DNA of 64,000 nt from a virus, in UHGV virus genome UHGV-1368191, one strand, 5' to 3'. This document shows positions 37,076 through 44,664 of this stretch, piece after piece. Position numbers and translations under genes: made by a program. Under the pieces are notes generated by a model that was not told the origin of the DNA, did no database searches, and saw only the letters and a list, made by a program, of their open reading frames with translations. The first letter of the stretch is position 1, and every line of letters starts with the position of its first letter.

Positions 37076-38380
37076 ATGGATAAGGTAGAATTTGAAAAGA
37101 GTTGTGCTATTCCCTTCTTTAATGAAGTATTAGAGTATCCTAAAAAGATTTATCGGATATTTGAGGACTTCTATGGAGAGGAGAGAGTAGACCTTCAAGG
37201 ATTACCAAGCTATGGGAAAGTAGTTGACTTTCTTGATAATGCCTTTATAGGGATAGATACTCCCTCAAAAAGACAAACACTTATTGATAGAGCCCCAGAA
37301 GAGAATAAGGAAATAGTGAAAACTATAATCCTGGAAGCTATAAAAGAGAGTAGCCACATAGAATTTCGGAATAATCCATTTGCCATAAAGTATATTTTTC
37401 CTTTGGTAAAAGACCGACTTATAGGGGAATTATCAGGGAATTATGAGGTAAATATAATGGTGTGGTTTCCTGATGTAACTGTTACTAATGAGTATAATGA
37501 GTCTATTAATATAAAAGACTTATATGCCAAGGTTCCAATAAACCTCTTTGGGAGAAGTCTTGGAATGATAAAAATGAACAGGAGTACCTATACAGAAAGA
37601 CAACTTAGTAGTGGGTATGTTCATAGTCATGTTCCCAGAATGAATCCTAATACTCGAAGGAATCTGACTTATTTTGAGAGAATTTGCATGGGAACTGGTC
37701 CTATTAGAACCACTATAACTAACCTAGCTACGGAGTATGATGAAAATCTATGGGAACTACTATGCTTAGAGCTTGATAATTTCACTAAAGTAGAATCCAT
37801 ATTAGGAGGTCCCTATGTTAAGTTAGGGGAGATAGGAGTAGGAAGCCAAACGACAATAGAGGGAATGTTTTCCCATAATAAACCTTTTACTGGGGCTACT
37901 TCTTTCAGTGTAAAAGACCTTCATGAATTCATCAAATGGCTTATTTCAAGAAGAGTTTTAAAGTTTTCTCTCACTCCCACTGGAGTGGCACTTGCTCAAA
38001 GTAGATATGATTTAGCTATTAAGATAAGCAATGAATTCCTGAAGTATATCAATATTAAGATCAGTGCTAAAACAGTAGATTATACAATTGACGATTTAGT
38101 GAACTCCCTTGTATTAAGAAAACTCCTCATAAAGGATGGGAAATTCTATGCTGTAATTCCCATTTCTGATGACTATAGCACTTTAGAGGGAACTGACTTG
38201 TTCACCTTTAAGGGTAAGACTATAAAGCTCCACATAACTGAAGATACAGGGAATGGAGAGAATGTGGTTCTTTTACTGGGAGATGCTATTCTTCAAGATA
38301 TATGTAGAATTATTTTGGAAATAATAAATTATCATTATGGAAGGGAAAACAGAGTTGATAAAGGAATCTACTTTATTTGA
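37076..38380 (+). CDS. hypothetical protein (434 aa). Weak E2/UBC-like motif in mid-protein.
   Basis: YVHSHVPRMNPNTRRNLTYFERICMGTGP resembles the HPN...G.IC active-site region of E2 enzymes. Speculative. Confidence 0.4.
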   Translation: MDKVEFEKSCAIPFFNEVLEYPKKIYRIFEDFYGEERVDLQGLPSYGKVVDFLDNAFIGIDTPSKRQTLIDRAPEENKEIVKTIILEAIKESSHIEFRNNPFAIKYIFPLVKDRLIGELSGNYEVNIMVWFPDVTVTNEYNESINIKDLYAKVPINLFGRSLGMIKMNRSTYTERQLSSGYVHSHVPRMNPNTRRNLTYFERICMGTGPIRTTITNLATEYDENLWELLCLELDNFTKVESILGGPYVKLGEIGVGSQTTIEGMFSHNKPFTGATSFSVKDLHEFIKWLISRRVLKFSLTPTGVALAQSRYDLAIKISNEFLKYINIKISAKTVDYTIDDLVNSLVLRKLLIKDGKFYAVIPISDDYSTLEGTDLFTFKGKTIKLHITEDTGNGENVVLLLGDAILQDICRIILEIINYHYGRENRVDKGIYFI

Positions 38381-39398
38381 TTTAGTGATTCCAGTGAGTG
38401 TTGAGAGAAAGATTAGGATTTTATGTAAAGAGATTCCTAATCTTGAGTGGTCTGGTATATTGTTTTATACAACTGAAGGGAGTTTTGATGATGGTTCCTT
38501 GAAGATTATATGCAAGGATATCTTACAAATGGATGAGGGAACTGGCACTTATACTGAGTTCCAAACTTCTCCTGATATAGCTACCTATTTGGTAAGTCAT
38601 CCTGAATTGTGTAATATGTATCAAGGATTAATCCATTCACATGCTGGATTCCAGACTTTCTTTAGTGGAACTGACTTAAATACCTTGAAAGTAGAGGGCA
38701 GTGACATGGCTCATTTTGTATCTTTAATAGTCAATAATGAAGGTACTTATACAGCTGCTATAACAAGGAAAATCTTAGTGACTGGCCACATGAAAGAAAC
38801 TATTCCTACATGGAATGGAAAGAAAGACACTAGGGAGTATGAAATCACTAATACGGAAATTCGATATCATTTCCTTAAAGTTACCAAGGAAATGCAAGAA
38901 ACTCCTGATGATGATGAACTTCTTAATAGAATAGAAGAGATCAGGAAAGCCAAGAAAGAGACTTTAGCCAATAGGGTTTTCAATATCCCTGATAATCTTT
39001 ATAAGATACCTGTGCCTGAATCTGTGTCTCCTAGAGTTATTGATAGTAAAATGGATACACTAGTGAATAGTGTATTAAGACAACTTATATCAGGAACTCC
39101 TATAATAAACACCAAGAGGATGGACTTAAAAGCCTGGAGTGAAAACATAGAGAAAATCTATAGTAGGAGATTCAAGGACATACAGAGTTTCTCTAATTGG
39201 GCAGATTCCTATATTGATTTCCTTTTTAACTCCTACCAGTGTAGTGACTATGGATATAGTGATAATGAGGACTTTCACTTTCACTCTGACTTAGCAGAGG
39301 AACTTATTGATTCATTAGACCACTTAGGGAATAATGATTATTTTGATGCTTTTATTGAAATATTGAGTACTTATATTATAGATTATGGACATAACTGA
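38337..39398 (+). CDS. JAB/MPN (JAMM) metallopeptidase domain protein
   Basis: Exact JAMM motif HSHAGFQTFFSGTD (H-x-H-x7-S-x2-D), with an upstream conserved Glu in LEWSGILFYTTEG. Confidence 0.7.
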   Translation: MEGKTELIKESTLFDLVIPVSVERKIRILCKEIPNLEWSGILFYTTEGSFDDGSLKIICKDILQMDEGTGTYTEFQTSPDIATYLVSHPELCNMYQGLIHSHAGFQTFFSGTDLNTLKVEGSDMAHFVSLIVNNEGTYTAAITRKILVTGHMKETIPTWNGKKDTREYEITNTEIRYHFLKVTKEMQETPDDDELLNRIEEIRKAKKETLANRVFNIPDNLYKIPVPESVSPRVIDSKMDTLVNSVLRQLISGTPIINTKRMDLKAWSENIEKIYSRRFKDIQSFSNWADSYIDFLFNSYQCSDYGYSDNEDFHFHSDLAEELIDSLDHLGNNDYFDAFIEILSTYIIDYGHN

Positions 39399-40410
39399 AT
39401 TAGAGGAATTGATAGACAGTGATATTACAGCTGAGAGTAATGAAGAACCTACGGGGATTTATGCTCCTATTCCTTACCCTAGTACTACTCAGAGTGATCT
39501 TTTAGTATCACAATTGTCTCAAGGATATCTTAAAATACACTCTATAGAACCATATGAGAGAGACTATAAGGTTATAGTCACTGATGACACAGGTAATTTC
39601 ACTGCATATATAGTAGCTTATTCCTTGCTCTTAAGGATAAAAGAAGCAACAGAGCAATATGCTGCCAGTCAAGGAGCTGGTGTAAGTCCTAATTCCGCTT
39701 CCCTTGAATTTGATGAAACTACAAGCAGGTTCAATGGAGCTATTTGGTATGATAAAATCACTAACCAGCACATAATCCTTGCTGGATTAGGAGGAATAGG
39801 CAGTTGGACAGCATTATTGCTAGGAAGAATGAAACCAGCTCTTCTTGCATTGTATGATCCTGATGTAGTTGAAAGGTCTAATATGTCAGGACAACTATAT
39901 GGAGTATCTGAAATAGGATATAGTAAAGCAGCCTCTATAAGAAAGATTGTTAACTGGCTATCTGACTACTTTCCTTCAGCTCTGGATATGAGATATACAG
40001 GAACTTCACCAGCAAGAGATGTAATGATTTGTGGATTTGACAATATGGAGTCTAGACAACTATTCTATAAAAAATGGAAAGCTCATGTAAGTGGCTCAGA
40101 AGACAAGAAAAAATGTCTTTTTATAGATGGGAGATTAGCCGCTGAAAGTCTACAAGTATTCGCTATTACAGGTGATGACACCAGATCCATGAAACTTTAT
40201 GAAGAGAAATGGTTGTTTGATGATTCTGAAGCTGAAGCTACTGTTTGTTCTTATAAACAGACCTCCTTCATGGCTAATATGATAGCTTCCATTATAACAA
40301 ATATTTTCGTAAACTTTGTGGCTAATCAGTGTGATCCACCTTTCCCTAGGGAGGTTCCCTTCTTTACTGAATATGATGCTGCTACTATGTTCTTAAAGAT
40401 TGAATCATGA
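39385..40410 (+). CDS. E1-like ThiF/MoeB-family activating enzyme
   Basis: IILAGLGGIGSWTALLLGRMKPALLALYDPDVVERSNMSGQLYG, comprising the Rossmann GxGxxG and the D.D.VE.SN..RQ signature. Downstream CGFDNMESRQL. Confidence 0.75.
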   Translation: MDITELEELIDSDITAESNEEPTGIYAPIPYPSTTQSDLLVSQLSQGYLKIHSIEPYERDYKVIVTDDTGNFTAYIVAYSLLLRIKEATEQYAASQGAGVSPNSASLEFDETTSRFNGAIWYDKITNQHIILAGLGGIGSWTALLLGRMKPALLALYDPDVVERSNMSGQLYGVSEIGYSKAASIRKIVNWLSDYFPSALDMRYTGTSPARDVMICGFDNMESRQLFYKKWKAHVSGSEDKKKCLFIDGRLAAESLQVFAITGDDTRSMKLYEEKWLFDDSEAEATVCSYKQTSFMANMIASIITNIFVNFVANQCDPPFPREVPFFTEYDAATMFLKIES

Positions 40411-41204
40411 GTGTTAGTAATCAATTTAAAGATACCCTCAAATCTATGTTTCGTACTCAATGGGTTAAAGATGAGATGTATATTAACCCTGGAAACCTCA
40501 TTAGTGGACTTAGTTATGGGGATGTATGGCAGTCTTTTATCAGTGTGGATTGCAGGGACTTTAGTAGTTTAAGAATACCTCTGTTTCTAGGTGGGTTCCG
40601 CAAACTTAACTCTGTTATAACCACTAATCTTAGATCAGACACATGGGATATGAAGTATTTGATGGTACCCCTGAATCTAGGCAAATATCGTGTTAATACC
40701 CTTAAGAATTTTAAGTCATCTCTTCGGGCTATAAAGGAGATGAATGAGGCTGAACCCAATTTTGGAAATCCTCTATGCCAAGTTAAAATAAATGATACCA
40801 TTTACTATGGAGGTAGGGGAGCTTACTTTGATTCTAAAGGAAATCCCCTACTTATGATAATACTAGAGTGTGGCATGCAAGAGGGATATCATGTTATAGA
40901 CAGCAATTATAAGTTACAGATTAAAAATTGTTTTGTGTATATACACCCTAGAGTCTATACATCAAAAGGAGTGCTGGAGAAGTACATAGTATCAAAGATA
41001 CTACCTTATGTAATTACCAATACTTTCTGTATAGGGACTTATAACTCATTCATGTCATCTTCCCATGACTTGTACTCCCCAGTAGTTATAATAACTGACT
41101 TTGACTATATGTTCCACAAGCCTATTATAAATGAGAGTACCTCTAATGAGGAACTCAATGACTTGTTAATAGCTAATGTAGACAGTGTTGATAGATTCAC
41201 ATGA
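40407..41204 (+). CDS. hypothetical protein (265 aa), translationally coupled to the E1-like gene and to UDG
   Basis: ATGA overlaps at both ends. Confidence 0.5.
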   Translation: MSVSNQFKDTLKSMFRTQWVKDEMYINPGNLISGLSYGDVWQSFISVDCRDFSSLRIPLFLGGFRKLNSVITTNLRSDTWDMKYLMVPLNLGKYRVNTLKNFKSSLRAIKEMNEAEPNFGNPLCQVKINDTIYYGGRGAYFDSKGNPLLMIILECGMQEGYHVIDSNYKLQIKNCFVYIHPRVYTSKGVLEKYIVSKILPYVITNTFCIGTYNSFMSSSHDLYSPVVIITDFDYMFHKPIINESTSNEELNDLLIANVDSVDRFT

Positions 41205-41914
41205 CACTAAAGGAGTACTTTGGAGATTGGTTGAAGGTATTTGACTATAAAGAATTCAATAGCATACTTGCACAACTTAACACATTATACAGAACAAGAT
41301 TAATATGCCCTAAGAAAGAAAATGTCTTTAGGGCATTTAATCTTTGTCCTTATAATAGTTGTAGGTGTATCTTTATTGGATATGACCCTTACAATGATAT
41401 TTATGAAGGAGAACCTAGAGCCACTGGTATTTTGTTTGGAAATAATAAAAATATCAGTGAAGACAAGTATTCTCCTTCATTAAAAATTGTTAAGAATGCC
41501 AGTATAGATTTGTGTATTCCACATAATTATATTACCTTTGACCCCACATTGGAGAGCTGGGCTAAGCAAGGAATCTTGATGATAAACTCAGCTCTTACTG
41601 TTGAAGCATGGAAGCCAGGTTCACATCTAATGCTTTGGAGGAAATTTATTTCCACTATGCTTAGTAATATCTCACAAATAGAAACTGGAATGGTGTATGT
41701 GTTATTTGGTTCTGAAGCTAAGACTTTTAAGCCTTATATAGGAAAGAATAACACTATACTTGAAGAGAACCACCCAGCTTACTACGCTAGGATGCATAAA
41801 GAAATGCCTCCAGGGCTATTCAGAGAGATTAACACTATTTTAAAACGTATATATAATTATCAAATCAAATGGTTTAATTATGAAAACAATGAAGAGGAAT
41901 TACATTACTATTAA
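41201..41914 (+). CDS. ung: uracil-DNA glycosylase (family-1-like)
   Basis: KEYFGDWLKVF...ENVFRAFNLCPYNSCRCIFIGYDPYNDIYEGEPRATGILFGNN corresponds to the UNG water-activating loop GQDPYH and the flanking pattern. Confidence 0.65.
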   Translation: MTLKEYFGDWLKVFDYKEFNSILAQLNTLYRTRLICPKKENVFRAFNLCPYNSCRCIFIGYDPYNDIYEGEPRATGILFGNNKNISEDKYSPSLKIVKNASIDLCIPHNYITFDPTLESWAKQGILMINSALTVEAWKPGSHLMLWRKFISTMLSNISQIETGMVYVLFGSEAKTFKPYIGKNNTILEENHPAYYARMHKEMPPGLFREINTILKRIYNYQIKWFNYENNEEELHYY

Positions 41915-42347
41915 TTGTCATTCAATGGATGGAGTTTCAACTGAAGAGGCTGAAAAGTTCTTAGTGGAACTGTTTAAGAAAATGGGAATACTCGGAGAAG
42001 AGGAAGATGAAGAAGAAAGGGAAGCTGATAAAGTCATAGATCACTTAGCACACAGGTTGGAAATAGATGATCCAAGTGCTTTAGAGGATCTATTGAGTTG
42101 GATAGATAATGTTTCTGAGCTTTCTACTTTCCTTATTCTGGCTAAGGAATATGCCCTAATGCATAACTCTGGTACTCCTAAGGCTGATGAGTATTATACT
42201 TTCAACATCCTTAATGGATGTATAATAAGGATTAAGGATGTGAAAGAGTCAGTTCTTAAGCAGATTCCCTACTTCAAAACTGTAGAAGAGGCTAAGAAGT
42301 GTAAAGAGGTATTATATCCTTGGTGGGAGAGTGTATATGGAGAATAG
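41880..42347 (+). CDS. hypothetical acidic protein (155 aa)
   Basis: ORF track. Confidence 0.45.
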   Translation: MKTMKRNYITINCHSMDGVSTEEAEKFLVELFKKMGILGEEEDEEEREADKVIDHLAHRLEIDDPSALEDLLSWIDNVSELSTFLILAKEYALMHNSGTPKADEYYTFNILNGCIIRIKDVKESVLKQIPYFKTVEEAKKCKEVLYPWWESVYGE

Positions 42348-43485
42348 AAAGATTAGGGGGGCTACTAAAGTCGAGGTTGGTGAAACTGTCTTCAAGAGTA
42401 AATTAGAAGCTAGAATAGCCGAGGCCTTTCAAGAACTAGGAATAGAGTATGAGTATGAGAAATACAAGATTACTTTATTACCTAGTTTTGACTATGACAA
42501 GGAGCACTTTAGATCTATGATTTACACTCCAGACTTCAAGGTAGGAAATGCTATTATAGAAGCTAAAGGATTTCCCTCTGACGCTTGGAAAATACGAAAG
42601 AAAATAATCATGTGGACCTTGAAGAACATTCCAGAATTGGAATATTTCGAGGTTCACTCTATTCAAGAACTTCTTGACATGGTAGAACAAGATGATAGAT
42701 TCCTAACCTATAATATACAGGTGTTTACATTGGATAATACTTTTGTTGGTGAGTACAATTCAGTTACTGATGCTGTAAATGAACTAAACATAAAGTCAAA
42801 TAAGTCTAATATATTTTCTTGTATAATAGGAAAAAGGAATAAAGCTGGGGGTTATATATGGAAAAGAGTCTCCAGGGTATTTATTCCAGATGAGAATGAA
42901 GAATGGAAGGATGTCATTGGATTTGAAGGTCTCTACTATGTCTCTAACCTAGGAAGAGTAGCTTCAGCCCAATTCCATGGAATACGTAATTTCAGGTTAA
43001 TGAGTCAGTTTTCTGATTCTTTGGGATATCACTTCGTGAAATTGAGGAATTGGAAGAAGGGTATAGTTATGAGTGCTCCTGTTCATAGATTGGTAGCTGA
43101 GGCTTTCCTCCCTAATCCTGAGAACAAACCTCAAGTAGATCATATTGACACTGATCCCTCTAATAATAATGTTGAGAACCTTAGATGGGCCACCAGCCTG
43201 GAAAACCAAAGGAATCCACTGACTTTAGAGAGATTACGTAGTTCCATAATCTCTATGAATAAACAGGGAATAGGACCAAAAGCAAGTGCTAAAAAGAAAA
43301 GAAAGAGAGTCGTATTCACTGATGGAACTTCTGTCACTAGATATGAATCAATTAGTCAAGCTTCCAAGGCTACTGGGCTTTCTACTTGCTCTATACAGAG
43401 ATGGTGTAACAGGCAGATAAAAGGATGGAGTTATGAACAATCAGAACATACAGAAACTGATCAAGGAAGCGGAGGTAATACCTAA
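42331..43485 (+). mobile_element. free-standing homing endonuclease gene with an N-terminal PD-(D/E)xK-like region, NUMOD4, HNH and two NUMOD1/IENR-like DNA-binding modules
   Basis: YTPDFKV...IIEAKG, WKDVIGFEGLYYVSNLGRV (NUMOD4), VDHIDTDPSNNNVENLRWATSLEN (HNH), and two copies of F...SV.DA...L.I....I..C..GKRNKAGGYIWK-like modules. Confidence 0.7.
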
Positions 43486-43619
43486 GTTAGAATATAATCC
43501 AGACATCTTCAAGTTCAGGACTAATGTCATGGCTACTGTCAGGGCAGTTAAGAGAAGATTGGGAGTACTGGAGTCTCTACTAGGGGAAATAGAATTTGAG
43601 ATAACTTTAAATCATTTAG

Positions 43620-44663
43620 ATGATGAAGAGCCTTAAGGAAATAAGTTGGGAGGTACCTGAGGATATCTATAGGCAAGACCCAGCACTGAGCTATAGTACA
43701 TTAGCTAGATATGAGAGAGAAGGGTTCAGTAAAGTGGATCACTTATTTGATAAAGTGGAGAGTCCTTCACTCCTATTGGGATCTATAGTAGATTGCCTGA
43801 TAACTGATGGGCAAGAGGAATTTGACAGAAGGTTTTTGGTAGCTGAATTTCCAGCTATTCCTGATAGTATTATCACTATAGTTAAGGATATATTCAGTAC
43901 ATATAGTGAAGTGTATACTTCCTTGAGTAACATTCCTGATGACTATATTATAACCTTTGCCCAGAAGTATAATTATCAACCTAACTGGAGACCTGAAACA
44001 AGGGCTAAAGTAATTAGGGAAAAGGGTTCTGAGTACTATAATCTTTTGTACCTATCTACTGATAAAACTATAGTGGATACTGAAACATATAAAGTAGCTA
44101 CTGATATGGTAGATGCCTTAAAAAACAGTCCTATTACAGGTAGCTATTTTAGCCCTGATAATCCTTTTGATGATACTATAGGGAAATATTACCAGTTAAA
44201 GTTTAAAGCTACCCTCCATAATGTAGATTACAGGTGTATGGCGGATTTGATAACAGTGAATTACAAGGACAAGATTATTTACCCAATAGATCTCAAGACC
44301 TCATTTAAGCATGAATATGAGTTCTATAAATCCTTTATAGACTGGAATTATCAGATACAAGCCAGGCTCTATTGGAGGATAATAAGGAATAATCTTGATA
44401 GGGATGAATATTTTAAGGACTTTAAGCTGGATGATTACAGGTTTATAGTGGTAAGTAGGGACTTACACCCCCTTGTTTGGTATTTCCATAACACTACAGC
44501 TTTAGGAGAATTAGTGTATGGCAGACATAATAATATAATAATGAGAGATCCTGAAGAAATAGGAATGGAGTTAAGGAAAATCCTTGATAATAAACCTATT
44601 TATCCTGAAGGGATAACCTCTAGGGACAATGATATTGTAGACTGGATAAACAATAATATGTGA
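43620..44663 (+). CDS. RecB-family (Cas4-like) PD-(D/E)xK nuclease
   Basis: Motif II CMADLITV, motif III IYPIDLKTS (DYKT-like), Q..Y motif WNYQIQARLY. Confidence 0.5.
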   Translation: MMKSLKEISWEVPEDIYRQDPALSYSTLARYEREGFSKVDHLFDKVESPSLLLGSIVDCLITDGQEEFDRRFLVAEFPAIPDSIITIVKDIFSTYSEVYTSLSNIPDDYIITFAQKYNYQPNWRPETRAKVIREKGSEYYNLLYLSTDKTIVDTETYKVATDMVDALKNSPITGSYFSPDNPFDDTIGKYYQLKFKATLHNVDYRCMADLITVNYKDKIIYPIDLKTSFKHEYEFYKSFIDWNYQIQARLYWRIIRNNLDRDEYFKDFKLDDYRFIVVSRDLHPLVWYFHNTTALGELVYGRHNNIIMRDPEEIGMELRKILDNKPIYPEGITSRDNDIVDWINNNM

Positions 44664-44664
44664 T

